Assembly (NCBI RefSeq): GCF_001194135.2
Contig: NC_068984.1
Location: forward strand, 38,422,767 to 38,486,766
DNA: 64,000 nucleotides
Direction: 5' to 3'
Source: Octopus bimaculoides
Lineage: Eukaryota
Every line of letters starts with the position of its first letter. Position 1 is the first letter of the stretch. Shown piece after piece: positions 1 through 12,164 of this stretch. Both the position numbers and the translations under genes were made by a program. The notes under the pieces are model-generated. The model was given only the letters and a program-made list of their open reading frames with translations. It was not told the DNA's origin and searched no databases.

Positions 1-35
1 TCAGTAAAAGAAGTTAATGGGTTCACTGTCCTTCA

Positions 36-215
36 TCATCACTGAGGAAGCGAGAACTACCAACCAAATCTCATTATACTATCTTAAAAAATAGAAAGGC
101 CATATAACATAGTGTTGTCTCAGATACTCTATGACTGGAACAAAAAGACAGAATGGCCATTGATGGAATACTTTTCATCATGTCTTCACAATCAAGGATG
201 GTTTCAGTTTAATCA
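36..215 (+). mobile_element. Family D short interspersed retroposon, degenerate copy
   Basis: Degenerate match to a ~200-bp unit seen about 12 times in the window (cctgctagaaatagcagccaaatctc ... ggaatgcctttgatcatag ... gggctaaacaacaac). Other copies lie near 4940, 5325, 10150, 13570, 25200, 34540, 37960, 40600, 54080 and 62350. Confidence 0.5.
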
Positions 216-749
216 ACAAGCAAGTGAATCTTTATGTAGTTGGTTAGTCTGACAGAAATAGCAATCAACTCTCCCTGCATATGCAGAACAGATTGGGTAG
301 TGTAGTCCCAGACACACTTTGCTTGAAAAGGAAGGAAAAGAGTTTGTCACTGACACATTGCCATTCATTATAGTTCAAGGCCAAAATAACAAAGCCAACA
401 GTGATAAGCAGATAATCTCCTATGAATGGACTACATAAGACTGTCAAATTAGAACTTATGTTCTCATTTCTTGTTTATGATTCCACCTTCCACTCCCATC
501 ACCACCTTCTGTCATAGGCTGAAATTTTGAGACCAAGACAATAACAATTTTATATCTATCCTTCTCTCTCTCTCTCTATTTCTCTCTGTCTCCCAATGAA
601 GAACAAGTTCCTGAAATGCTTCACACCTCATGGCAAATCAATTCCCTAAACCCTCCTACAAACTCATTTACTGGTTACTTTTTGCGAAAACAGGTTACCA
701 TCAGCTTCCTCAGACTCTGGATTTTCATTAGAGGGAAAAATGGGATTAA

Positions 750-1150
750 TTAGAATATGAAAACAGAATGAAAGATCAAAAGTAAGTATAAACTAAACCG
801 GTTATTTGAAGACTCCACTGTGAGGCTGAGAGTGAGAACAGTAGTGAAGAATGTAATGTTTCTGTGGACATATATCTGATGAGGAAGAAGAATCTGATAG
901 TGAGCAAAGAAACAAGAATGTTTTAAATGCAGGGGGGGGGGGAGGATTATGTTCTTGTGCGTTATGGTGGCAGGTAAAAAAAGTGTACTATTATGTTGTA
1001 CTGGTTGATGAAACAGTGGAGTAACAAATAAAATTTTGAAACGTATTCTGAGCAAAGATTTTTGTGTGCACAAAATGCACAATGTCAGATGATAATGAAA
1101 TATGCACACATTAATATGAGGGTATGGCATTTATTCTGGTTGCTCTGTAC
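750..1150 (+). pseudogene. Degenerate coding relic, possibly the C-terminus of a pogo-type DNA transposase
   Basis: Across frameshifts it reads as an acidic tract SDEEEESDSE, then EDYVLVRYGGR*KK and VYYYVVLVDE. This resembles the GDxVLVxF..KK..YYVG.V tail that I recall from invertebrate pogo-like transposases. It has stops and frameshifts. Confidence 0.35.
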
Positions 1151-1576
1151 AGTTATAAAAGAACAAAACATTGTCATCATAAAATTGTGTTTCCTGTTGG
1201 TCTATAGGAATGTAAACTAGAGTAAATACAAAGCCGTCTTGTGAAAAATAAACCTTGTTTATGGGTGACAAACCAAAGTGATAATGATGCCTTGTCAAAA
1301 TTATCTGATAAACTTACCATTAGGAGACTTAAGCCAGATGGTTCTGGTTGACTTGATCACTGGTATTGAAAATTGAAACTATGCTAATATGATTCTTGAA
1401 TTGTCCTATAATTACTGGTATATTATAAGGTGCTTCACAACATTTTAAAACATACTCCACTGTGGGGCAAGTAGCAATGTCTAAATTTAGGTCACATAAG
1501 TGACTTTTTTCAGGAATTTCTTTAAGCCTCTGCTGAACTTGTTTGCTGAGTTTATTGTACATCATGAATCCTCCTT

Positions 1577-2590
1577 ATCATCATCATTTAATATTTGTTT
1601 TCTATGCTGGCATAGGTTGGATGGCTTAACATCGTCTCTTCTGGCATAGTTTCTACAGCAGGATTCCCTTTCTAACACCAAACACTTTACAAAGTGTACT
1701 GGTGACTGTGGAAGGAAATTAGTTGGCAGAGTATGAATGGTGGGTACATGTTGTTGGATGCAGGAGTGGATATGGTCAGGAAGCAATATAGTTTGAATAG
1801 AGAATTGAAGAGCTATCAAAGTGCCTTAACCCTGTAGGATGAGCTCATCAGTGCTTTTTGTGTGATACCAGCACTGGTATCAATTCTGCTGTAGTGGATG
1901 GGTCTTCTTGAGTACAGCAATGTTCCAAATATCTCAGTCCTTTGTCATCTCCTTTGTAAGGCTCAGTGTCTTGAGATCAGCTTTCAGTACCTCATCTGAT
2001 GTCTTTCTGGGTCTCTCTCTTTCCATCCACTTTAAGTGATTGGCACTTCTGTACACAGCTGTCTACATTCTTATGCATCACATAACCAAACCAGTACAGT
2101 TTTCTCCTTGCACACTGCATCTAATTCCTCTTGTGCCTAACTTTTCTTTCAATACACAAGTACTTTGTCGTATGTGTACACTGAAATTGCACATTTAGTG
2201 TAACATACTAGCTTCCTTCTTCGCTAACCTTTGCATGTCCTCTGTATCCAGGATCCACTTTTCACTACCATGCAGCATTGTTATTCATATACATGCATCA
2301 TACAATTTTGCTCTCACTGAGAGAGAGACCTTTGGTTGCCAACAGAGATAAAAACACTCTGAATTTTCTCCATCCTATTCTTATTCTAGTGATTATACTT
2401 TCTATACATCCTCTCCCACTGCTAATTAGGTCCCCTGGGTAGCAGAAATTATCCACTACCTCTAAAGAACCTCTGGGGCATTTAAGAAAATCAATTTCCT
2501 GACTATCTGTATTCTGTATGGATTCTGTGCATCTCCTGCATACAAATTCTACTTTCTCTGCAAACCTTATTATCATTCCACTGCACTTGT
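1577..2590 (-). mobile_element. 5'-truncated, degenerate RTE-clade LINE (RT C-terminal region, 3' UTR and (GAT)n tail)
   Basis: The ORF at 2298-2576 reads FVCRRC...SLEVVDNFCYPGDLISSGRGCIESIITRIRIGWRKFRVFLSLLATKGLSL. This overlaps the LPLLATKGLSLRVKGRLYDACVR peptide of the copy at 22605. The 3' UTR and catcatcat tail start at 1577. Confidence 0.85.
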
Positions 2591-2639
2591 TATGTGCCCA
2601 ATATAACTAAGTTGAAAGTAAAGGTCTTTTGTTTTTGTG

Positions 2640-3560
2640 AAATGCGTTCCAACTAACCCAATTTCCCTATTATACAATTCTCTCCATCCCCTTTCACCTC
2701 AAATCTAGATATTAGCCATTTCCCTTACATTCTTAACCACTTCTTACTAATCTCATTTCTCTGTAATCTCCTTCTGCCATTCAATTTCTCTTCATATTCC
2801 TCCCATCCAGTGTGTGTGTGTGTGTGTGCTCCTTAACTTAATCCCTATTTCCCTCACTGTCCCCACATCTACTGCATTCCCTATTACACATCACATGCCA
2901 TTGTTACTCTACCCACCACCCATTACCCTCCTGTCTCTGACACTGATTATTCCATCCTTAGTACAGGTCACCACTTCACACCCCTCATTTCCTCTGGTGA
3001 TGAGTCCTAGACCTGGGCTGACATCCAGTGATTCCTGCAACACATGATGCTGAATACCTTTTTTCAGATTCACAGACTGTCTCAAAATCTCCTGGGCTGA
3101 ACTCTTCACTATGTTATCTTCGATACCAACATGGCTTTATCGTCAAGTCTACCAACAATGGTTGTGCCATAATTGTGTCATAAGCTCATTCCTACAGGGC
3201 TAAGGCACTTTGACAGCTCTTCAGTTCTCTATTCAAACTATATTGCTTTCTGACCATATCCAACAGCATGTACCCACCATTCATATTCTGCATCCAACAG
3301 CATATACCCACCATTCATACTCTGCCAACTCATTTTCTTCCACAGCCACCAACAATGCCCACTTACTGTAAATCTACCTCTGCTATTCACATACTCCCTG
3401 AGATCCATAAAACCAACAACCCAGTCACTCCATCGTTTCTGCCTGCAACTTTCCCACTGAACTCATCTCTAAGTCTATAAGATAGTTTTTTCTCATTCCA
3501 TCACATATTCACAACATCCTCCACCATTTCAACACATTCTTCTTTTCTTCTGAACCCCTC
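2640..3560 (+). mobile_element. Penelope-like element reverse-transcriptase relic
   Basis: Frame from 3121 reads FIVKSTNNGCAIIVS*AHSYRAKAL*QL, matching the PLE motif IKPADKGGAVVV...YRAEALRQL. Downstream ILPEIHKTNNP matches LLPKIHKPNNP. The plus strand is C-rich. The 5' boundary is uncertain. Confidence 0.65.
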
Positions 3561-3569
3561 CTAGCTTTT

Positions 3570-3712
3570 TTTTTTTTTTTTGCACTATAAAAGCACCATC
3601 CAAACGTGGTCAATGCCAGTGCCACCTGTACCAGTGGCACGTAAAAAGTACCATCCAAACGTGACCAATGCCAGTGCTGCCTGACTGGCTCCCGTTAAAC
3701 CATGATGATGTT
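3570..3712 (+). mobile_element. RTE 3'-UTR fragment with internal deletion
   Basis: gccagtgccacc/gtggcacgtaaaaag motifs, ending in cgttaaaccatgatgatg. Confidence 0.6.
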
Positions 3713-3734
3713 CTTATATATCAGAATCATTGTT

Positions 3735-4200
3735 CTGATAGAGCTGTGAAGGATGAATTTGATATTTGTGGTAATCTAGCTTTATTGAAAAATGTTGATG
3801 AAGGAGAGTACTCACTGCAGTAAATTTTGAATGCAGATGGGAGACCTGTTTTTGAATCAAATACCAAAACAAACTCATGTTTCTGAAGTAAAACTGTACT
3901 AGGATCCAAGACTGTCAGATATTGCATGGTTCCCCTACTTGGTGGTAATGCTTCAAGAAATATAAAAATCTCAGGTCATTGGTTGTTTACTATTCTGAGA
4001 CATCAGTACCTATAAAAGGCTACTTTAAATCTTATCTTCCTGATATGTGAGAAATATAAAAAACATGGATCATCAGAACAGTGTTCTAAGATTATTTTAC
4101 TTCATATTTCTGCCCATCTGTCAAAGAATATTGTCAGGATACCAAACCATAGCCATCACTCATAAGTGTGTCTAACTTGGTAACACCATGCTTCTGCAAA
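3735..4200 (+). pseudogene. Tigger/pogo-family DDE transposase relic
   Basis: One frame reads ALLKNVDEGEYSLQ*ILNADGRPVF...PLLGGNASRNIK...LLHISAH. This matches Tigger motifs (I.EGGY..EQIFNADETGLFW; RLTLLLGGNASG; LLLLDNAP.H). It has in-frame stops. Confidence 0.65.
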
Positions 4201-4939
4201 TTCTTTTTAGTTAACTAATGTTATTGCAAATAGAGACAGACACTTTCTTGGAGCTTTATCTCTAAACTAGCAGAGCACCTAAGATGTGACAACAGCTGGT
4301 GGAAGAGAAGATTACACCAGCACTTGGTCACAAGGGAATAGACTAGAGTAACATGAAATGAAGTGCCTTGCACAGTCATAATGCATTTCTCAGTTGAACT
4401 CACAACCTCATGATTGCAATCCCAACATCCTTACATATTGTCAGATTAAGAACTTTAAAAATAAAGTCTTGCTTTTTGTGATCAATGCTCCAGCTAGGTC
4501 ACCTCTCTAACTTGGAAGAACTGTCAATGTTCAAGAAACTTTTCTGACTCCAAGATTAACAAGCTCAATTTGACTTCAGACCAGAGGGTTATTACTAAAT
4601 TCAAAATCTACTTTTGCACACATTTAAGGAGTGGACTAATTTTTTAGGTGGTGAAACTAAATCTATTGTGAAGGAGTTTTAACTTGGTTACCACATCATA
4701 AATGGCACTGAAAATTTGACAGAGGTATGACAAGGGATAAAAATAATATTGCATCTTGTCTGGAGTAAAATTTAATCAGACTGAATTTGAAGAGCCAAAT
4801 ACAAATTGATCATCAGAGATTATTGGACTGACACACTAGTTTGGATTTACTAAAATAAAAGACCTAGTGATGTTACTTTAATCACATGAAAGAAATATCT
4901 AATTAGTAACTCAGAGATGGAGAAAGTACAATTGATAGG

Positions 4940-5515
4940 AGTCTATAAATAGTTGCTCAATCTAGCAGAAATACCAACTAAATCTCCATCAAATTACCAT
5001 CTTTGCAAAAGAAGGTTACATCCACTGATATAGTCCAATGTAAATTATAAAGGAAGGAGGGGATAATTATAGTTGGACTGCCTTTGAACATAACCAACTT
5101 GAGGTTGCTTTTGTATAACCCAAGTCATATCACCATGAGATGGATTAAATTCATTTTATAGGTTTTAGCTGTTGTATAATCCAGTGTAAGTAGCAACTGC
5201 ACTTTAAAATTCACCAGTAATCTATAGGTCTTGCAAAAGAAAGTGATATGAAATAGACTGGTGTCTTATCCAAGGAAAGATCCACTAAACACTGCAATAA
5301 TAAAAAGCTAGGTAACAGTTTAGACACTCTTGTTTAACCTTGGATCAATACACATAGATTAAAACTGATCAAAGCTATTCCAGCCACAAGCATCCTGTCT
5401 TTTTTATTCAAGTATATCTAATATGTCCTTCCTTGTTTTCTTTACTTTTTACAACAGTAGGGCATTATTTGAAGGGGATTTAGCTGCTACTGCTAGCAGG
5501 TCAAGCAACCACATT
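4940..5515. mobile_element. Two family D copies in opposite orientation (about 4940-5110 plus, 5325-5515 minus)
   Basis: ctagcagaaataccaactaaatctcc near 4960, and gatttagctgctactgctagcaggtcaagcaacc near 5478. Confidence 0.55.
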
Positions 5516-6217
5516 GGTTCAATCAGCTTTAAAAGTGAATGAATATTATAACACACATGCACTCACAGACATACAAAAGAAAAGGAAATACACATTTTAC
5601 ATTATTGTCATTAATATTTATTTTATTTTTATTTTCTTTAGAAAACATTTTGTTTTGAAGAAGAGAAGTTGAATAAGTGAACACAGTTCACATGAGAGGG
5701 GCCATAACAAACTTCAATTATTTGAACATTTAAAAAGATATCCAATTTACAATCAGATATTAGCTTAGTTGAAAACAACAACAAAGATCAGTCATAAAAA
5801 GAACATTTCAGTCACATTTTACAATCATGGTAAGAAATGGTACAAGAGTAAAAAAGCCAGATTTCCAGGCTTTAGTAAGCTATTTTATTCAATGCCACAT
5901 TTTTCTTTCAGATTTCAAATCTTGCCAGTATCAAATAATTTGACAAAATAGCTGTACCTTGATGTTTTTGAAGCTGAAGATATTTATAATAGCAGCATGA
6001 AGTGTGATATTAATTTTTTTTTTTTTGGTTATGTACAAGAATCAGGTCAACTACCAAATGTTTTATTACTAAGATTGAAGAAAAAACTCCCCATAAAACC
6101 AAAATCAACAACTTTATATACATTTGTAAAATTTAATAATATCAATCATTTACGATTTTGTATATCATAACTAGAAATCTATATAGTAAATTGTATTGTA
6201 CTAGCACAAATCTAAAA

Positions 6218-6252
<35 letters not shown>

Positions 6253-6254
6253 AT

Positions 6255-6890
6255 CATATGAGTGCAACCATGAAGTCCTGGGTTTAATTCCAAAGTGTGG
6301 CACTTCAGTAGTACCTTTACCATCCCCTTGTGTTAACCCAAGTTTTGTAGGTTTTTTGGGTAAACAGAAACTGTGTACAAGTCCATTGGATGGTAACTCA
6401 AAAGTTCAGCCTTGTTACACTGTTACGCTAATTTTATTGAGAATTACAAAGGTATGTAAGTTTGTGAGATACTCAGGCATTTTCCATGCTTATTCAATGA
6501 GTAGGTTGTCCACTTGTTCGAACAATTGGACACACATCAAAATCATATAGTATAATAATAACCCAGTGAATTTGGTTAATGGAAACTGAAAGGAAGCCCG
6601 TTGTGCATGCATGTTTGTGTGTGTACATGTGTGTTTATATTTATGCATGTATATATATGTGTGTGTGTGTCCCTTTGTTTTGATATTGTATACTAATTGT
6701 AAACAAATGGCATTGCTATACTAACAGTATTATTTGTTTGAAATATTCTGTGAAAAAAAAAATGTCCAAACAAGGAAAAAAATATGACCTTGCTTGGAAA
6801 TAGGTGAAGGTTGGCAACAGAAAGAGCATCTGGCTGGAAAAAAATTGCCTCAGCGAATCTTGTATGACCTATGCAAACATGTCAAAATGA
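6255..6890 (+). mobile_element. SINE family A, degenerate and interrupted, RTE-like tail
   Basis: Head remnant at 6255-6310. The body resumes at about 6565 (ggaaactgaaaggaagcccg), followed by (TG)n and the ggttggcaacagaaagagcatc...atgcaaacatg tail. Confidence 0.55.
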
Positions 6891-6900
6891 TTACTTACAT

Positions 6901-6941
6901 GTGCACACACACACACACACACATATACATAAATATACACA

Positions 6942-6978
<37 letters not shown>

Positions 6979-7113
6979 NNNNNNNNNNNNNNNNNNNNNN
7001 NNNNNNNNNNNNNNNNNNNNNNNNNNNNNNNNNNNNNNNNNNNNNNNNNNNNNNNNNNNNNNNNNNNNNNNNNNNNNNNNNNNNNNNNNNNNNNNNNNNN
7101 NNNNNNNNNNNNN

Positions 7114-7157
<44 letters not shown>
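6901..7157. repeat. (CA)n/(TA)n microsatellite spanning an assembly gap (N 6979-7113)
   Basis: Directly visible. Confidence 0.95.
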
Positions 7158-7161
<4 letters not shown>

Positions 7162-7699
7162 GCTGAGAAACTCAATATCAATTCTTATTCTGTATTTCTT
7201 GTGAACAAAATCCAGTTAAGATGGTTTTTACTAAATATATGTTGAAATAGTAACTAAGTTAGGCGAGTCTCTCACCATGATTATATTTTATACACACACA
7301 CACACACATACATGTGTGTATGCATGGATACTCAAAAAGCTATGTGTGAAATCTATTAGCCCACATTATAAGTTAAAAAAAAAATTTTGAGATTAGAAGA
7401 TTAGCTGTAAGCTCAGTGTAGATTTTAATATTCAAGCTATATTCTCAGCTCTCTTTCCTTCATTGCAATCACCTTTAAATGGTTTCATATGATTAAGACA
7501 AGATATAAAAGACCGGCTTCCATTTCTTAGTCAATCTAGAAGCTAATTAGCTCTACCATTTCCTCAAGGTTATTGGGAGAGATGAGTAAACTAATTTTGT
7601 AGGAATGAAGGGGGATAGAATTAGTGCATAGGAAGTACAATCAATGCACAACATTGGAGTAAATTTGTAAAGAAGGAAAGACAACTGTAAAAATAATAT

Positions 7700-8035
7700 A
7701 TGTCTGTGTGATAAAGAAGGTCAGTGCCCAACTATGTGGCACCCTGGGCAAGTGTCTTCAACTATAGCCACATACTGGCCAAAGTTTGCAAGTAGATTTG
7801 GTAGGCAGAAACTAAAAGACTGTCGTATGTGTGTGTCTGTATACATACATACATATACTGTGTTGCTTGCTTCTAGCTTCCCTGAATACATGTACGGCTT
7901 TGGGGTAAAATATTACTTTGCTTGAAAAGAAGGGTTGGCAACAGGAAGGGCATCCAGCCACAGATAATCTACCTCGATAAATTCTGTTTGTGCCAGTCGA
8001 GCATGGAAAAGTGAACAGTAAAACAATATCAATGC
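7700..8035 (+). mobile_element. SINE family A with RTE-like tail
   Basis: gtggcaccctgggcaagtgtcttc head/core, and gggttggcaacaggaagggcatccagcc...gcatggaaaagtgaacagtaaaac tail. Confidence 0.7.
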
Positions 8036-8910
8036 TTCATTAATGCTGCCTGGTAGAAGTTTTATAGAATTCCTATGGTGGACAACATTTTACTGCATTT
8101 CCAATATGAAATGCAATTTTTTTTCTACTGTTTCATATCCATTTTGTCCTCTTTGCCATGGAAAAAATTTACTTTTTTGGAAGCTGTTGATCTTAGTCAT
8201 ATTGTTCTCACTCATCCATGAAGCCAGAGTAGGTTCTGTCTTTTGTTGGTAGTTAGGCAAAGTGGATCAAGCAAAGTTGTGAAAGAGAAATAGAGAGTGA
8301 GTGTATGTGTGTGTGTGTGTGTGTGTAAGGTGGACATAAAGAAAAGAATTTCAAATACTTGATAAAACAGATAAAATGGAGACAAAGAATACATCTCTTT
8401 GCACATAAATTTTTCATATTGCATTGTAAAAGAATTGATGAGTTAGTTAATAGACCTTATAGGAATGTAAATGAAGTAGATAAGACATCTTTCAGTTTTT
8501 GCTTTAAATATGACAAAGATTAGCACATGGAAGGAAGGTCTTTAGAGGTGGTGGCCAGTTGTAAGATTAAAAAAAAAAAACAGCCTGTAAAAAATGACAA
8601 GCTGTGGGAAATAGTGTAGTTAAATTCATTTACAGTTTAAGAACCATTTCACAAAGGTATAATTATTTGAAAGCCAAATCTAATTTTGAAGGTGACAGTT
8701 CATATATTTTTTTTTCAATAATTCATACAGAACGACAACTAATCAGAACTGTCAAAATAAACAGAACAATTGTTGAGAAGAAATATGAAACAATGTTTGT
8801 TACTGAGAATTATGTAAATCTAAACAAACATTTGAAAAACCATTGTTTGCTGAAAAACAATTCATAGACAATTGAGTCATTCTGACCACTTAAAACACAA
8901 TATATATATA

Positions 8911-9002
8911 NNNNNNNNNNNNNNNNNNNNNNNNNNNNNNNNNNNNNNNNNNNNNNNNNNNNNNNNNNNNNNNNNNNNNNNNNNNNNNNNNNNNNNNNNN
9001 NN
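8911..9002. other. Assembly gap in a (TA)n tract; other gaps at 6979-7113, 13331-13340, 22839-23237, 31259-31268 and 36545-36635
   Basis: Runs of N. Confidence 1.
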
Positions 9003-10149
9003 ATATATATGTTATATTTCCTGATAATACAAGATACAGTTTCAAAGTCTCATCTTACATTTACAATCTGGTCATCCCAAAACTCCATTCTTCTGTCTCA
9101 ATGATACATTGTTGGAAGTTAAAAATCCATTCTAAAATATTAATGACTGGCTGAAGGAGTGAAAGAATAAATGGAAGAAGAAGAAGAAATGGTTAAAAGC
9201 TCAAAAAGCTTTAATTTGTGATGAGTTAAAATTGTTTGCTATGGAGGTGAATAAACAAGGTGGGGATATTGTGATGAAAATGTGGATTGTTACTATAAAA
9301 CATTTTCTTTTTATTGCATGCATTTGTGAACATTAGCATTACAAGATATTTCTGTTCAAATAAGGTTCCAACAACCCATTTTAAATTGACTTCAGTAAAG
9401 CTTTAAAAAACACTTCAAATTCAAGCAAGGTTGTTGTCTAGACCATGAGTGATCACACACTACTGTTTTATCACTCCCAATTTTAGCTGAATATCATTAA
9501 AAAAAAAAGAAATTGTGATAGAATTCCAAAGATATAAAATCTGATGAGAAAATATTCTAGTACATTTTCTTTATTAATTAAAAATTGTCTTGTTTTTGTT
9601 CCAAATATTGCAAAAACCAACAATTAGGTTATTTATTATTTGTCAATCTCCTCTCATATCTGTCTGAAATACCTTCTTAAGAAAACATATGACTGTTTAT
9701 AAAAAAAAAAAAAAAATAATAATAAAAATCATATTTTCACATATAAACATTTTGTTACTATTGCAATATTTTGACAAATGTAGGTACAAACTTGAAATAG
9801 CTGACATTTAGGTTTGAAAACAGTTCTTGAATGAAATGGAAAATGTTTTGTATCTTGGAAAATTAAAATCATACAACATCAAAAAAAAATCTACCTCGTT
9901 TTTAGCCCAGTATCTCTTGTTCAAAAGTTTTTAGAGGAATGTATGCATAGGCATGAAAGCATGTTTAAGTTTTGAACTGAAGAACAAGGAATAAAATTTA
10001 AAAATAGATATTAGTTCAACTTCATTTCCCACTTTTTACTATTTTACAGAATGATAAATTACTTACGTCAACCTTTAAACTGAAATATCAAAAAATAACC
10101 AGATACTTTAGGACTCCCCATTCCCTGGCCTACAACATATATTCATGCT

Positions 10150-10340
10150 GTTGCTGTTTAATCCAAAGTCATCCTAGATTGCACAGAGCTATTAATAAAA
10201 GCATTCCAGCTGAGACTATGTTGTCTTTAAGGGACATATAAAAAACAACACTATGACATTATATACCTTTTCCTTATCTGAGATGGGAGATGTAGCTGCT
10301 AGTTCTAGCAGGTCCAGTGACCATGTAAGTGCTTCCTTGT
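10150..10340 (-). mobile_element. Family D retroposon
   Basis: gttgctgtttaatccaaagtc ... gcattccagc ... gctgctagttctagcaggtccagtgacc. Confidence 0.6.
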
Positions 10341-11614
10341 ATATATTCATTAGTTTTTTTCTTGGTTATTCAACCCAATGTGTGGTGAAGAAAGTGATTG
10401 GGAAGCCAGTTTATCTAGAGCTGGTACCATGATAAAATACCAAGCCCAGTCTGTCATAAGAACTGACACTAAGAAAGGCATCTAATCATAAAATTCAGCA
10501 ATTTCCTGAATAGTTTGTTTAAAACAGGATTAATTTGCATAGAAGAATGCTATATTACGGAACTGTCCAATCCTTTTCAGCACAGAAAAACAGATACACA
10601 AGCAAACCAATAAACCTCACTACTTATAGCTCAAAATCGCCCCTAAAACATTAGGGAATGCATTGAATCAAATATGAGCCTCTTCCAACTAATTATTGAA
10701 TTGAATATTAATCTACAGTTAATATATACTGGTCTCATGTCTTCAATTCTACAGTTGATATATACTATCTTCAACAGATATCCAAAAATGATGTACAAAA
10801 TTGAAGCAAAATTTCTACATAAAGAACATCATATCAATTCAAAGTATTTTCTCCATCACTACTTTAATGGTAAACCATATGTTAACATGTTTAAAGATTT
10901 TTGAATCCAGATTTCTTTGTTTTACTATCATGTAGAATGAATAAGTTGTTCAAGAATGCATTCCTCTCCAACTTTGACCTATTATGCATTGCTATAGAGG
11001 TCAAACGTTTCACCACCCCTCAACACCTACCTAATGCTTTATCTTTTTTTATTTTTCAACTCTCACCTTTGTCTCCCTCCATCACCACAAAAAAGAAAAA
11101 AAAAACCCAATAAACAACCTGTACAGGTTTCTTTGAAAAACATGAATGGATGAATTCTTGATGGTGTAATTGTTATGAATCACTAAAACATAGAGGTCAG
11201 GATAAAAATAGTAAATTACAGACAAGTAAAAAGTAATTACAATGCTATATGAACATTTGCTGTATAATTAGTAGATACTGTAAAATACAGAAAATAGTAT
11301 GTATGTAATGTATAGTACATGGTTAACAATTACTTCACAATGTGTAGCGTTTTTCAATAATTTTCAATGTAATGTACTAAGAAAATGCAAGTAACACGAA
11401 AACACGATACAGACATGGTGTTATAAACGCCTAAAATTAAAGTTAGTAAAAAGAAAAAAATTTAAAGACTTAAAAAAAAAAAGACACATTTTATGTAAAG
11501 GTAGTTATATCTACATCAGTAAGAAGTTATACTTACACATTTCATATATACATATAAAAATAGTAAAACTGTTGGTTTAATTATTTGCAAAAAAAGATGT
11601 GGGTTTTCAAATGA

Positions 11615-11790
11615 AGGGCAGATTGGCAGAATTGCTAGAGCATCAGACAAAATGCCTTGTGGTATTTAGTTATAGACCTTTATGTTCCAAGTTCAAATTC
11701 CATTGAGGTCAATTTTGCCTTTCATCCTCCAAACCTTGATAAAATAAAGCACTAGTTAAGTATTATGGTTGATTTTAATTGACTGACACC
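11615..11790 (+). mobile_element. SINE family B, degenerate, in the probable TNFAIP8 3' region
   Basis: ggcagaattgctagagc...gttcaaattccattgaggtcaattttgcctttcatcct...gataaaataaagcactag. Confidence 0.7.
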
Positions 11791-12061
11791 ATGTCCTCCA
11801 GGCTTCTTCAAGCAATGAGACTACGGCTGAGAATCACCAAATGAATCTTTTTAGTAGTGCTGCTTGTGTTTTAAAGGTGGATGAGGGTGTAATCGCCAAC
11901 AGTCACAATATTTTTGTGAGAAGCTGCGACCCTGTGAGTTATTAGCTCTGAAAGACATAATAGAACAATACCACACAAATCCTGTAATTAACAGCATGTG
12001 GTATGTTTGTCATATTTGACAAAGTCGACAGAAGAAATGAGAGTTAGAATTAAAAATACAA

Positions 12062-12067
12062 TTTATT
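12062..12067 (-). promoter_or_regulatory. Candidate proximal polyadenylation signal (AATAAA) of TNFAIP8
   Basis: tttatt on the plus strand, 97 nt past the stop codon. Another copy is at 11048-11053. The hexamer is common in AT-rich DNA. Confidence 0.3.
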
Positions 12068-12105
12068 TGAACAAAAGAAAAAATAAGGGGCAAAATGTAA
12101 AAATA

Positions 12106-12146
<41 letters not shown>

Positions 12147-12164
12147 AAGACTGTAGTTTAACAG

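Noticed and set aside
1329-1565. 78-aa minus-strand ORF with protein-like composition
   Set aside because: No recognisable domain, it abuts a LINE tail, and its length is within chance expectation.
5830-5910. Apparent 81-nt plus-strand GT-AG intron
   Set aside because: The downstream sequence has early stops in all frames and there is no supporting gene structure.
6794-7245. ORFs rich in HT/YI/CV repeats here and at about 30949, 42556, 45660, 46769, 57273 and 63039
   Set aside because: They are translations of (CA)n, (TA)n and (TG)n microsatellites or N gaps.
8090-8290. Minus frame containing LASWMSENNMTKINSFQKSK, loosely like the LINE RT W...N.M.lN..K motif
   Set aside because: Too short and too weak to call.
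265-9088. Phase-compatible exon chain 9088-9059, 5973-5958, 1359-1318 and 440-265 giving MEFWDDQIVNLQKHQVIKSTRTIWLKSPNVLCSPFIGDYLLITVGFVILALNY...
   Set aside because: It was assembled by picking AG/GT pairs by eye. The product resembles nothing I recognise, and such pairs occur by chance in AT-rich DNA.
10710-10785. Short direct repeat tctacagtt(a/g)atatatact occurring twice
   Set aside because: A small slippage duplication with no further structure.
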